64,000 nucleotides of DNA from an uncultured Actinomycetota bacterium (GTDB lineage: Bacteria > Actinomycetota > Actinomycetes > Streptosporangiales > Streptosporangiaceae): NCBI GenBank assembly GCA_963787665.1, contig CAWBDZ010000011.1, positions 910,774 to 974,773 of the forward strand. Direction: 5' to 3'. Positions 1 to 9,654 of this stretch are shown here, piece after piece. Position 1 is the first letter of the stretch. Each line of letters begins with the position of its first letter. Made by a program: the position numbers and the translations under genes. The notes under the pieces were generated by a model. That model saw only the letters and a list, made by a program, of their open reading frames with translations, was not told where the DNA came from and ran no database searches.

Positions 1-252
1 CAGCGTCAGCTGCGCCCCCAGCCCGAGCGCAGTGAGCGTTCGGGTTAGGTCCTGTTGCCAGCGCGTCGTACCGGCCTGTGTCGCGCCGTGCTCCAGATAG
101 GCCGCGGCGGCGGCCAGTCGGTGGGCCCGGTCGCTGCGCTGGTTGTGGGCTTCGACGAGGTAGCCCGCGGCCGTCGCCCCGGCGGCGAGCAGGACCAGCG
201 CGAGCACGCAGACGGCCAGCGCGACGCGAACCGAGGCGCGGAGACGTCTCAT
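1..252 (-). CDS. sensor histidine kinase, N-terminal fragment (continues past window start)
   Basis: Reverse-strand ATG at 250-252 overlaps (ATGA) the stop of the upstream response regulator. Translation MRRLRASVRVALAVCVLALVLLAAG... looks like an N-terminal TM anchor. There is no stop before the window edge, so it is absent from the ORF track. Confidence 0.5.
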   Translation of the reverse strand, partial: MRRLRASVRVALAVCVLALVLLAAGATAAGYLVEAHNQRSDRAHRLAAAAAYLEHGATQAGTTRWQQDLTRTLTALGLGAQLTL

Positions 253-979
253 CCCACGACGTTGTGCGCAAGACCGCCGTCGAACCGGTAGCCGGCACCC
301 CAGACGGTGACGATGTACCGGGGATCGGCCGGGTTGTTCTCGATCTTCTCCCGCACCCGGCTGACGTAGACCGAGACCGCGCTGCGATCACCGTGGCTTC
401 CCCACACCAGCTCGAAAAGATGCTCGCGGCTGAATACCTGGCGCGGATGCTGACGAACACCCGGAGCAATTCGAACTCGCGGGCGGTCATCCGCACCAGC
501 TTGCCGGCCACGAGGACCTCGTGCGCGCCGAGATCAACCTCAAGGCCGCCGAAGCGAAGCCGCCCCTGGCCGCGACCCGCGCTTGACCGGCGCAAGACGG
601 CTTTGACGCGGGCGACGACCTCCGCTGGGGTCACAGACTTGACGATGTAGTCGTCGGCACCGAGCCCGAGCCCGCGTAGCTTGTCGGCGTCGCCGTCGCG
701 GGCGCTCAGGAACAGGACCGGGACGTCGGAGGCGGAGCGGACGTCCCGGCAGAGGTCGAAGCCCGAGGCGCCCGGCAGCATCACGTCGAGCAGCACGCAG
801 TCCGGCGCCGTCCGGAGCGCCACTACCGCCTCTTCGGCGTCGACGGCGAGCACGACGCGAAAACCGCCCGCCTCCAGGAAATCCCGCATCAGCGCGGCGA
901 TCTCGGGCTCGTCCTCCACGACGAGCACAAGCGGCCCGGCCGAGTCCGAGACTGCGCGCACCAGCACAGTCTCGCTCAC
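249..979 (-). pseudogene. OmpR/PhoB-family response regulator with apparent 1-nt frameshift near 446-455
   Basis: Hand translation from GTG (977-979; alternative ATG at 1064-1066): VSETVLVRAVSDSAGPLVLVVEDEPEIAALMRDFLEAGGF...LLDVMLPGASGFDLC...ADDYIVKSVTPAEVVARVKAVLRR...MTAREFELLRVFV. A second frame then gives HPRQVFSREHLFELVWGSHGDRSAVSVYVSRVREKIENNPADPRYIVTVWGAGYRF and the stop at 249-251. One missing base in gtcagc(c)atccg restores the winged-helix domain. Confidence 0.75.
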
Positions 980-1256
980 CGACGCCGCCGGAACGCCGAT
1001 ATTCGCGGTTTCTTCGAAGCTCGTTCGCACTAGGTCGAACTCCCCGGCCAACCATGAAGAGGACATCGAGCACGACCGACAGCCTCAATCCACGCCGGCT
1101 ACGCGGCTTCATTGCCTCGGCTGTCGGCGGTTGGCCAGTTCCGGTGCCGGCCCATCAACAGCAGGCTGAACTCTGACGGCAAGACGACGACAGCAAGTCA
1201 AAAGGAGTAGCGATGGCACTGCTTGCAAACCTCCGGCTTGAAGGCTGCAGCCAGCG

Positions 1257-2728
1257 ATGAGTGAACACCCCTCGCTACCACGGGCCGACCATCAGATCTC
1301 CCGTCGGAGCCTGCTCCGGGGCGGAGTGGCCGCAACGGCCCTGGCGGCGCTCCCCTCCTGCGACAACGCAGGATCACCACAGAACACAGAGTCACCGCAC
1401 AGCGCAGAGTCACCGCACAGCGCAGAATCTCCGCACAGCGCAGAGTCTCCACAGAGCCCGGGACTACCAGCGGGGTCGGACCGAACGTCCGCGTCAGTCA
1501 CGACCGCTACCGGGACCATGTCGGCCCGTCGGTCGCAGTCAACCCCCGCGACCCTCGCCAGCTCCTAGTCGCCTGTCAGGCCTCACCCGCGACCCCTGAG
1601 TTGATCGTGACCTACCTCTCCTTTGACGGAGGTATGAGCTGGCAGAACGCTGGCCTGCCACCGCAGCCGGAGGCAGGGCCGGCTGGCGACGACGTGACCG
1701 CCGCCTTCGATGCCTACGGCCGCGGCTATATCTGCGCCACGCGCTCCGGTCACGGCTCCAACCTCAACCCCGCCAATCCCGACGCCAACCGCGCTGTGTA
1801 CGTCTGGCGGACCGACGACGGCGGGCGCAGCTTCCCGGCACCGGTGACCGTTGTGCAGGGACAGTATTGCGATCACCCCTGGGTGGCCACCGGCCAAGGC
1901 CAGACCTCGGCGGGCCACGATGTCTACGTCGCCTGGGGCGCCGGCGACTCGCACACGGCTCTCGACCTCGCGCGCTCCAGCGATGGTGGGCAAAGCTTCG
2001 CGCCACCGCGCAGAATCCTCGCGGAGGCCAGGGTCCCCTCGCTGGTGAGCGCAGGCCCCCAGCTCGCCACCGGACCGCATGGCCTCGTCTGCGCCGTCTG
2101 CGACTGGACAACCCAGCAGGATTCGTCCGGAGACATGGTCGGCCAGGTCGTTGCCGTCTGCTCGACCGATGCGGGACATAGCTTCGACGCGCCGGTCCAT
2201 CTGGGATCAGAATCGTCGGTCATCGCACTACCCGGCCGCGTCAGGCCCAACAGTGGCCCAACGGTGGCCGCCTCTCCCATGGGCGACGCCCTCTACGTCG
2301 CGTTCCCCAAACACCGGCCTGGAGCCACGCACTCCGACATCTTGGTAACAGCTTCCAGCGACCGCGGCCGGACCTGGAGCAAGGCAGTGGCCGCGACACC
2401 CGACGACGGGGTGATCTACTTCCAGCCCAACCTGGCCGTCGACGCGGCGGGCCGGGTCGCGATCTCCGCCTTCGCCCTGGCCAACGGCCGCATCAACGAA
2501 GTCCTGCTCCTCTCGCGGCCTCGGGAGCTCCGCTTTCGCCCACCGCTGCGGGTGACGACCGCACGCTTCGACCCCCTCGACGCGACGACGGCCTCCCGCG
2601 GGAAGTACGGCGCCTGGTGGATCGGCGACTGGCAGGGCATCGCCACCGGCGCGGGGGCCATCCATCTCGTGTGGAACGGCACCCGCACGGGGAAGCTGGC
2701 TCTCTTCGCGGCAACGGTGCGGCCTTGA
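1257..2728 (+). pseudogene. BNR/Asp-box repeat (sialidase-like) lipoprotein, frameshifted between signal/repeat region and catalytic body
   Basis: Frame 0 (1257): Tat-like signal plus lipobox (SRRSLLRGGVAATALAALPSC), then the ESPHSA repeats. Frame 2 is open from 1265 to 2728 with no start before 1601. It reads GPNVRVSHDRYRDHVGPSVAVNPRDPRQLLVACQ, then Asp-box motifs SFDGGMSW, TDDGGRSF, SSDGGQSF, STDAGHSF, SSDRGRTW. Confidence 0.75.
1389..1460 (+). repeat. 4 x 18-nt in-frame tandem repeat (gagtcaccgcacagcgca; ESPHSA x3 + ESPQSP)
   Basis: Read directly from the sequence. Units start at 1389, 1407, 1425 and 1443. Confidence 0.9.
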
Positions 2729-2800
2729 CACCGCTGTCGGCGGCACACCTGTCTGCGGCAAAGCTGTCCCTGGCACGGGGCGAACGCCACTACTTGCAGA

Positions 2801-3850
2801 TCACCACGAGTCACCGTAGAGCCGCCGCATAGCCGGCTCGCACACGCGGGTCAGTTCGCTGATCTGTTGTTGCGGCAGCGACTTCCAGCGGGGAGACCGG
2901 GGGGTTACCAGCCGCACGGCCCGATCGAGCCAGCGTGTGTCGGCGTACGGCAGATCAGCGAAGCGCGCGAGCTGCAGCAGGGCCTGCCTTGGCTCCGCGA
3001 CGAGGTCCTCGTAGCTAAGCTGGAGTACGCGCTCGGCTGGCAGGCTGACGAGAACATCAAGTGCGGGCATGATCATGTCGGACCAGAACTGCCCTGCTTC
3101 CGTCACCGGAGCCGCGAACCGCTCGAACGCCCCGCGATCGAATGTCTCGGGCATGAACGGTCGCAGATCGGGCGGCACCTGCGCTGGCGGTTTGGCATCG
3201 GCCAGGTAGAGCGACATGCCCAGGCGTGAGTACAACATCATCTCGACCGCGCCGAGCCGGTATAAGGGATGGCGGCTAAACGAGTAAGCACACTCGCGCC
3301 CGTCACGGTAGAGGTGCACGAATCTGGCATCGGGGAACGCGTCGGCGAGCTGGCTCATATACATCAGCGAGCTGCCCGAGCGCTCGACCCAGGCGCGCGC
3401 GCCGACGCGATCGCACAGCCACCCGAACAAGCGCCGGTGCTGAACTGCGGCAGAGGCTGGGGATAGGCCCGCGACGAAAGCCGCAGCCTCGTCGTAGAGC
3501 CCTTCGGGATCGTCGCTCAGATGCGGCAGCGCGGTAGTCAGGATCGGCGGGATGCCGGTAGCCGGGGTGAACCTGCTGCCCGGGCCCGGCACGTATAAGA
3601 ACTCCGGGACTCGCAAGCCGAGCTGGTATGCGTGTCTGAAGAACGTCCAGGGCTGGCTGAGCAGCCGCCAGTATCCCGCCGCGTCTAGTTCACCCGCCGG
3701 GAGGGGGTCGGGCATCAGCAGGGAGAGGAACTCCGACAAGCTCAGAACGTCCGGGTTCAGCCGGACCATGTTCGACAGCATCGTCGAGCCGCAGCGTCCG
3801 GTGGAAACGACGAACACACCCGGCCCGGCCGTCAGTGCCTCAGCGGTCAC
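2801..3850 (-). CDS. sulfotransferase family protein
   Basis: 349-aa ORF. N-terminal PAPS-binding P-loop-like motif VFVVSTGRCGSTMLSNMV, plus a later RDGRECAYS-type 3'-PB region. Confidence 0.7.
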   Translation of the reverse strand: MTAEALTAGPGVFVVSTGRCGSTMLSNMVRLNPDVLSLSEFLSLLMPDPLPAGELDAAGYWRLLSQPWTFFRHAYQLGLRVPEFLYVPGPGSRFTPATGIPPILTTALPHLSDDPEGLYDEAAAFVAGLSPASAAVQHRRLFGWLCDRVGARAWVERSGSSLMYMSQLADAFPDARFVHLYRDGRECAYSFSRHPLYRLGAVEMMLYSRLGMSLYLADAKPPAQVPPDLRPFMPETFDRGAFERFAAPVTEAGQFWSDMIMPALDVLVSLPAERVLQLSYEDLVAEPRQALLQLARFADLPYADTRWLDRAVRLVTPRSPRWKSLPQQQISELTRVCEPAMRRLYGDSW

Positions 3851-3969
3851 AGCAAAATCGCTCCTGCAGGACAGCGCGTTCCGAGAAAAGTAGCGCCGCC
3901 CTCACCCAGCATGCCGGGCGGGCACTCAAAACAGGTCCAGAATCCGTCAGCGATGTGTACGCGGCTAGC

Positions 3970-4812
3970 ATGGCTGGCGTGCCCGCCCACTGGCGCCGGG
4001 CCGCTGAGCTTGAGATAACGAGCTCGGCCAACCCCCGGATCAAGCAGCTCGTGGCGCTTCGGCGGCGCCGCGGCCGGGACCAGTCGGCCGGGACCCTGGT
4101 CGAAGGGCTCGCCGAGATCAGCCTGGCGCTCGGCGCCGGGGTACGGCCGGAGGCGCTGTATTACTGCCCGGAGCTCGTGTCGCCGGAATCGCTGGCTATG
4201 ACCACGCAGGCGGCATCGGCGGGCGCCGAGATCATCCGGGTCAGCAAGCCGGTGTTCGAGAAGATCTCCTATCGTGACGGGCCGGACGGCTGGCTCGCTA
4301 TCGTGCCGCCGGTGCCAGACCGGCTCGACCAGCTCCGGCTGTCCGCGTCGCCACTCGTCCTTGTCTGCGCGGGCCTGGAGAAACCAGGGAATCTCGGGGC
4401 CATCCTGCGGACGGCGGACGCTGCTGGCCTGGATGCCGTCATCGCGGCGGACCCGGTGACCGACTGGGCAAACCCGAACGTCGTGCGGGCCAGCAAGGGA
4501 ACGGTGTTCTCGGTGCCAGTCGCGTCGGCATCCACGCCGGACACGCTGGCTTGGATCAGCGATCACGGGCTGCAGATCGTCGCGGCGACGCCAGCCGCGA
4601 AGCAACTGGTAACCGGCGCTGACCTGACCGGTCCCACCGTCATCGCGGTCGGCGCCGAGCAGGCCGGGCTCAGTGATGAATGGCTGCGGCATGCTGACGT
4701 CAGGGTGCGGATTCCGATGTTCGGGCTGGCTGACTCGCTGAACGTGTCGACTTCGGCCGCGATCATCGCCTACGAGGCAGTGCGCCAGCGCCTGGCCGTT
4801 CGGCAACCTTAG
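3970..4812 (+). CDS. TrmH/SpoU-family RNA 2'-O-methyltransferase
   Basis: SpoU motifs LEKPGNLGAILRTADAAGLDAVI, VIAVGAEQAGLSDEWL, IPMFGLADSLNVSTSAAIIAYE. The in-frame ATG at 3970 is preferred because the track start 3835 overlaps the divergent sulfotransferase start. Confidence 0.8.
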   Translation: MAGVPAHWRRAAELEITSSANPRIKQLVALRRRRGRDQSAGTLVEGLAEISLALGAGVRPEALYYCPELVSPESLAMTTQAASAGAEIIRVSKPVFEKISYRDGPDGWLAIVPPVPDRLDQLRLSASPLVLVCAGLEKPGNLGAILRTADAAGLDAVIAADPVTDWANPNVVRASKGTVFSVPVASASTPDTLAWISDHGLQIVAATPAAKQLVTGADLTGPTVIAVGAEQAGLSDEWLRHADVRVRIPMFGLADSLNVSTSAAIIAYEAVRQRLAVRQP

Positions 4813-4826
4813 AGAGCAGGCAGCCT

Positions 4827-6095
4827 TTGCATCCGATAGATCTCACGCTCCTGCCGCTGACCACCAAGCTGAACGACAACGGCGCCGTAGACGTTGGCGG
4901 CATGGACCTTCTGACGATCGCGCGGGATTTCGGCACGCCGGTATTCGTCTACGACGTCGAGCACCTTCGGCTAAACCTGACGCGAGCCAGGGATATTTTC
5001 GGCGACGGCGTCGCCTATGCGACCAAGGCCTTCCATTGCAAGTCCCTGGCGAGGCTCGCCTATGACAGCGGAATGTCGCTCGACGTCTCAACTGCGGGTG
5101 AGTACTACGTGGCCAGGGCCGCGGGCGTGCCACCAAGCAAGCTCGTGCTCCACGGCAACAATAAGACCCGGCAGGAACTAGAACGTGCCGTAACCGAAGG
5201 TGTGCAGTGGATAGTCCTCGATAGCTTCGATGACATCAACCGCGCCGCGGCAGTAGCCGCGGAGCTCCGGAAGCCCGCCGGGGTGCTTATCCGGGTCAAT
5301 CCTGGCGTCGAGGTTCACACCCACAGTTTCCTCGCCACCGGGAACCGGGAATCGAAATTCGGCTTCCCGCTGTGGACCGGCGATGCCCAGGCCGCGGTGG
5401 ATAGGGTGCGCGAATCGCAGTGGCTTGACTTTCTCGGGCTCCACATCCACGTGGGCAGCCTGGTGTTCGCGATCGGGACCTTCCTGTCGGCGCTGGATTC
5501 CGTGCTGGACTTCGTGCTTGCGGTCGATCCCGAGATATTCGTGGTGGGTGGCGGGCTCGGCGTCCGGTACCTCGGCACAGATGAAGCGCCCAGCTTGGAA
5601 GAGTGGGGTCAGGCGATCCTGAAGCGCTGCCAGGAGGCCGGCGTTCGAGCTCGCGTGCTGGCAGAGCCGGGCCGGTCGATTGTCGCGGCCACCGCCGTCA
5701 CCTTGTACACGGTGGGCAGCGTTGCGACGAAAGACAGGACGACGTATGTCGCTGTCGATGGGGGCATGAGTGACAACCCCAGGCCGCTGCTTTATGACAG
5801 CGGCTACGAGGCCTTCCTCCCGCGCGCGCCTGAAGCGGTCCGGGACATGGCGGTTACCATTGTGGGCCGCCATTGCGAATCCGGCGATACCTTGGTCCGC
5901 GATGGCATGCTGCCGTCCTCGGTCGGCATCGGGGACATCGTCTGCACGCCCGTTACCGGCGCTTACGGCTATTCCATGGCGTCCAACTACAACATGATGC
6001 CCCGGCCCGCGGTTGTCTGGGTGGATCGCGGGCAGGCAGCTGTCGTGATACGCCGCGAGACGCTGGACGACCTGCTCAGCTGCGATCTGGGCTGA
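4827..6095 (+). CDS. lysA: diaminopimelate decarboxylase (PLP, fold III)
   Basis: 422 aa. Motifs YATKAF, HGNNK, GGGLGVRY, EPGRSIVA, DGGMSDN, GRHCESGD. C-terminus RPAVVWVDRGQAAVVIRRETLDDLLS is typical of actinobacterial LysA. Confidence 0.85.
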   Translation: MHPIDLTLLPLTTKLNDNGAVDVGGMDLLTIARDFGTPVFVYDVEHLRLNLTRARDIFGDGVAYATKAFHCKSLARLAYDSGMSLDVSTAGEYYVARAAGVPPSKLVLHGNNKTRQELERAVTEGVQWIVLDSFDDINRAAAVAAELRKPAGVLIRVNPGVEVHTHSFLATGNRESKFGFPLWTGDAQAAVDRVRESQWLDFLGLHIHVGSLVFAIGTFLSALDSVLDFVLAVDPEIFVVGGGLGVRYLGTDEAPSLEEWGQAILKRCQEAGVRARVLAEPGRSIVAATAVTLYTVGSVATKDRTTYVAVDGGMSDNPRPLLYDSGYEAFLPRAPEAVRDMAVTIVGRHCESGDTLVRDGMLPSSVGIGDIVCTPVTGAYGYSMASNYNMMPRPAVVWVDRGQAAVVIRRETLDDLLSCDLG

Positions 6096-6170
6096 GGCCT
6101 GCGGCTCGGAGGTCGCCCCTGGGTCGGCCTAAGTTGAACGAAGCGCCCTCGGTCAGGTAAGCAAGGCCTC

Positions 6171-7430
6171 ATGCCTGATCTGTCTCTGCTGCCGCCCACG
6201 GCCGCCATCGATGGCGACGACCTGCGGATCGCGGGTTGCTCGCTGACCGAGATCGCCGGGGAATTCGGCACGCCCGCCTACGTCATCGACGAGACGTCGC
6301 TGCGAGCCAGGGCCCGCGCTTACCTGACCGGCCTGGTGAGCCGCCATGCCCGCGGTCGGGTCTGCTTCGCGATGAAGTCGTTCCCGTCACCGTCGATGGT
6401 GTCTGTCCTGACCAGTGAGGACCTCGGGCTCGATGTGGTCGGCGGGGGCGAGCTCCGGCTCGGACTGGCGGGTGGCGCAGACCCGCGCGGCATTGTCATG
6501 CACGGCAACGCGAAGACCGACGCAGACATCCAGGCGGCGCTTGACGCGCGCATCGCATACATCGTGATCGACGGCTTCGACGACATTGACAGAATCGCCG
6601 CGCTGGCTCGCCGCAAGACGCCGGTGCTGCTGCGGGTCAGCCCGGGCATCGAGTCGGCGACCCATGCGGCCCTCGCGACCGGAGGGAAGTCAGCCAAGTT
6701 CGGCGTGCCGGTAGAGCAGGTCCCGGCCGCTATCGCCCGGATGCGAGCCGCGCCCATGATCGACTTGCGCGGTCTGCATGCACACATCGGATCGCAGATC
6801 CTCAACCTCGACCAGTTCGAGGCCGAGGTGGCCGCGCTCGCCGCGCTGGGCGACTTCGAGGTCTACAACCTCGGCGGCGGCCTGGGCGTTCGCTACGAGC
6901 CCGGCGACGTGGCGCCAGCCATCGATGATTACCTGGACCGGTTGGTAACGGCCGCTCATCGCCAGCTGGGCACGGGAGTCGAGCTGATAGTCGAGCCAGG
7001 CCGTTCGCTCGTCGCCCCAGCAGGCCTGACGCTGTACCGCGTCGTCACCGTGAAGCAGGCCGGGCAGTTGCATGTGGCTGTCGACGGCGGCATGGGCGAC
7101 AACCTGGAGCACTCGCTCTACGGCCAGCGCTTCACACCGCTGGTAGTCGGCCGGTGGGACCAGCCCGACGTCACCGCCGACCTGGTGGGGCGGCATTGCG
7201 AGGCAGGCGACATCGTCACGCCGCAGGTCCGGCTGAGCAGCCCTCAGGTCGGCGACCTGGTCGTGGTCCCCGTTACCGGTGCCTACTGCTTCACCATGGC
7301 CAACAACTACAACGCGGCGCTGCGGCCGCCGGTCATCTACTGTGCCGACGGTAACGCCCGCCTGGGCGTCCGCCGGGAGACGCTAGCGGAGTTGCTGGCG
7401 CGGGAGGTGGACTTGGTGACGGGCGGTTAG
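6171..7430 (+). CDS. diaminopimelate decarboxylase paralog (PLP, fold III)
   Basis: 419 aa. Motifs FAMKSF, HGNAK, HAHIGSQI, GGGLGVRY, EPGRSLVA, DGGMGDN, GRHCEAGD. Lies in tandem with the previous LysA-like gene. Confidence 0.8.
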   Translation: MPDLSLLPPTAAIDGDDLRIAGCSLTEIAGEFGTPAYVIDETSLRARARAYLTGLVSRHARGRVCFAMKSFPSPSMVSVLTSEDLGLDVVGGGELRLGLAGGADPRGIVMHGNAKTDADIQAALDARIAYIVIDGFDDIDRIAALARRKTPVLLRVSPGIESATHAALATGGKSAKFGVPVEQVPAAIARMRAAPMIDLRGLHAHIGSQILNLDQFEAEVAALAALGDFEVYNLGGGLGVRYEPGDVAPAIDDYLDRLVTAAHRQLGTGVELIVEPGRSLVAPAGLTLYRVVTVKQAGQLHVAVDGGMGDNLEHSLYGQRFTPLVVGRWDQPDVTADLVGRHCEAGDIVTPQVRLSSPQVGDLVVVPVTGAYCFTMANNYNAALRPPVIYCADGNARLGVRRETLAELLAREVDLVTGG

Positions 7431-7933
7431 CTGCCGCCGACGCCAAGCGCGGTCAGCAGGACGAAGGTTAAGGTGGCAGCCGCGAAAGCGCCGTGCGCGA
7501 TAACCACCGGCAGCGGGAAGTTGCGCTCGGGCGGTCCCTCGGTTGCCGGCCTGGTGGCGACGGCCAGGCCGCCACGCTGGTCAACCAGGCTCAAATGGGC
7601 TCTGGCCATGCCTGGCCGGCCGGCGCCCGGTACAGACCGGTAGGCCCGGTACACGCCGACCCAGCGGATCGCCATGACGATGCCGAGCGTGGCCGCGAGG
7701 CACAAAGCGACCGCTGCCGTCCAGGCGAGCCGATCCTGGTCGAAGATCAGGTAACCGGCCCATACCAGCAGGCCGCCGCCAGCCAGCAGCACGTGACTGG
7801 CCAGGACGAGCGGCGGCAGCCTGGTTGCCGACACTGACTGGAAGTCCTTGTCGTATTCGATCAGCCATATCGACAGCAGGTACAGCCCGCCGCCGGCGGT
7901 AGTGATCCAGAGGGCAATTGCGATCAGGCTCAT
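7427..7933 (-). CDS. integral membrane protein, unknown function
   Basis: Several hydrophobic helices (MSLIAIALWITTAGGGLYLLSIWLI..., LPPLVLASHVLLAGGGLLVWAGYLIF, AVALCLAATLGIVMAI, VVIAHGAFAAATLTFVLLTALGV). Internal ATG preferred over the 7984 start. Confidence 0.55.
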   Translation of the reverse strand: MSLIAIALWITTAGGGLYLLSIWLIEYDKDFQSVSATRLPPLVLASHVLLAGGGLLVWAGYLIFDQDRLAWTAAVALCLAATLGIVMAIRWVGVYRAYRSVPGAGRPGMARAHLSLVDQRGGLAVATRPATEGPPERNFPLPVVIAHGAFAAATLTFVLLTALGVGGS

Positions 7934-8084
7934 GAGGTCCCCTGTGGGCGCGACAACGGCGGCTGGCGCACCGCCGGACCGCATCGACGAGAACCGCCTG
8001 TCTCCTACACGTAGACAGCGCCCGCGTAGTTCACCACTGAAGCTCCGGATTTACCGCATCTGCGGCACGGGCAGGCCTGGCTAA

Positions 8085-9233
8085 TCACCGGCCCTGGCGG
8101 CCGAGCACGAGCACGCCTGAGGTGGCGAACATGCCCCCGTTCCCCACGATCACGCTGATGTCTGCGCCCGGAACCTGCGCGGCGGCTTCGCCCCGGATCT
8201 GCCGGACGCCCTCTTGGATAGCAAACATTCCGTACATACCGGTGTGCGTATACGACATGCCGCCGCCATTGGTGTTGAGCGGCAGAACGCCGCCCGGCTC
8301 GGTATTCCCGTCCGAGATGAAAGCGCCTGCCTCGCCTTTCGCGGTGAAGCCGAGCGCCTCCAGGGCGTAGATCGGTACATGTGCGAACGCGTCGTAGACC
8401 ATCAGGTGGCGGACGTCCGCGGTGCTGATGCCAGCCTCGGCGAACGCGGCCTGCCCGGCGAGCCGGAACGCCTGTGATTCGGTGAAGTCCACCATTTGCG
8501 AGATCATCGGCGTCTCCGCCGACTCCCCGGTGCCGAGCACGTGCACGGCCGGCTTCGGGAAGTCGGGCTCGCGGTCCGCTGACGTCACGATGAGCGCGCC
8601 GCCGCCGTCAGTGACCAGGCAGCATTCCAGCAGGTGGAACGGGTAAGCGACCAGTCGTGAGGCCAGCACGTCATCGACGGTGATCAGGTCGCGGAACATA
8701 GCGCGCGGGTTCCGGGCGGCCCATTTGCGCTGCGCCACCGCGACGTAGGCGAGTTGCTCATGAGTCAGCCCGTATTCCTTCATGTAGCGGAGCACCGGGA
8801 TCGTGAAAGCGGTGGTTGGGCCGGCCGTGCCGAACGGGGCCTCGAACTGGCCGGGAATCGACGAGGCACCACGAGGAAACGGGGTCGCGCCGACCCGGGA
8901 GCGGCCCGATTCGCCGTGTGTGATCAACACGGTCTTCACGTAGCCCGCCCGGATCGCTGCCGCCGCGTGCCGGACATGCAAGAGGAACGAGGTCCCGCCC
9001 ACACCGGTGCCGTCCATCCAGGCCGGGGTGATGCCGAGCGCGTGCGCGATCTGGACAGGGCCGGGCGCGTTGACAGTGGCGATGCCGTCGATATCGCGCA
9101 TGGTCAGCCCGGCGTCGGCGACCGTATTGACCGCGGCTTCCAGATGCAGCTGGAGAGTGGACTTGCCGGGCAGCTTCCCGATCTCGTCGGTCTCGGCGGC
9201 CCCCGCGATGATGACGCCCTGGTCCCGGCTCAT
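8085..9233 (-). CDS. SCP-x/lipid-transfer-protein-type thiolase
   Basis: 382 aa with thiolase-like fold features (GVGGTSF, CLVTDGGGALIV, NTNGGGMSY). 4-nt overlap with the upstream DUF35 gene. Confidence 0.8.
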   Translation of the reverse strand: MSRDQGVIIAGAAETDEIGKLPGKSTLQLHLEAAVNTVADAGLTMRDIDGIATVNAPGPVQIAHALGITPAWMDGTGVGGTSFLLHVRHAAAAIRAGYVKTVLITHGESGRSRVGATPFPRGASSIPGQFEAPFGTAGPTTAFTIPVLRYMKEYGLTHEQLAYVAVAQRKWAARNPRAMFRDLITVDDVLASRLVAYPFHLLECCLVTDGGGALIVTSADREPDFPKPAVHVLGTGESAETPMISQMVDFTESQAFRLAGQAAFAEAGISTADVRHLMVYDAFAHVPIYALEALGFTAKGEAGAFISDGNTEPGGVLPLNTNGGGMSYTHTGMYGMFAIQEGVRQIRGEAAAQVPGADISVIVGNGGMFATSGVLVLGRQGR

Positions 9234-9646
9234 GCGCCGGCTCCGGCGGGCGCGAACAGCGGCAGGCTTATCTCGCCGCGCTGCTCGAACGTCACCTGCA
9301 ATTCCATGTCCAGGACTAGGTCCTCCGGCGTGTTCGGGATGCCGATGATGTTCGTCATCATCCGTGGTCCCTCGGCGAGCTCGACGACCGCGATCGCGTA
9401 GGGTCCGTCGTCCTCGAAGCCGCGCGCGGGCCGGTGGTTAATGACATAGGAGTAGAGCGTGGCCCGGCCGCTGGCGGCGAACCACTCGACTTTGGTGGAG
9501 CCGCAGGCCGGGCAGACCGGCCTGGGATAGAAGTAGGGCTTGCCGCAGTCGAGGCAGCGCTGTAGGCGGAGTTCACCGCGGGCACAGCCGTCCCAGAACG
9601 GCTGGGTTTCTGGCGTTGGCTCGGGGACAGCCTTGCTTGTCGGCAT
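9230..9646 (-). CDS. Zn-ribbon/OB-fold protein (DUF35), thiolase partner
   Basis: 138 aa. CLDCGKPYFYPRPVCPACG zinc ribbon followed by an OB-fold region. Canonical pairing with an SCP-x thiolase. Confidence 0.8.
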   Translation of the reverse strand: MPTSKAVPEPTPETQPFWDGCARGELRLQRCLDCGKPYFYPRPVCPACGSTKVEWFAASGRATLYSYVINHRPARGFEDDGPYAIAVVELAEGPRMMTNIIGIPNTPEDLVLDMELQVTFEQRGEISLPLFAPAGAGA

Positions 9647-9654
9647 CGGCGCGG

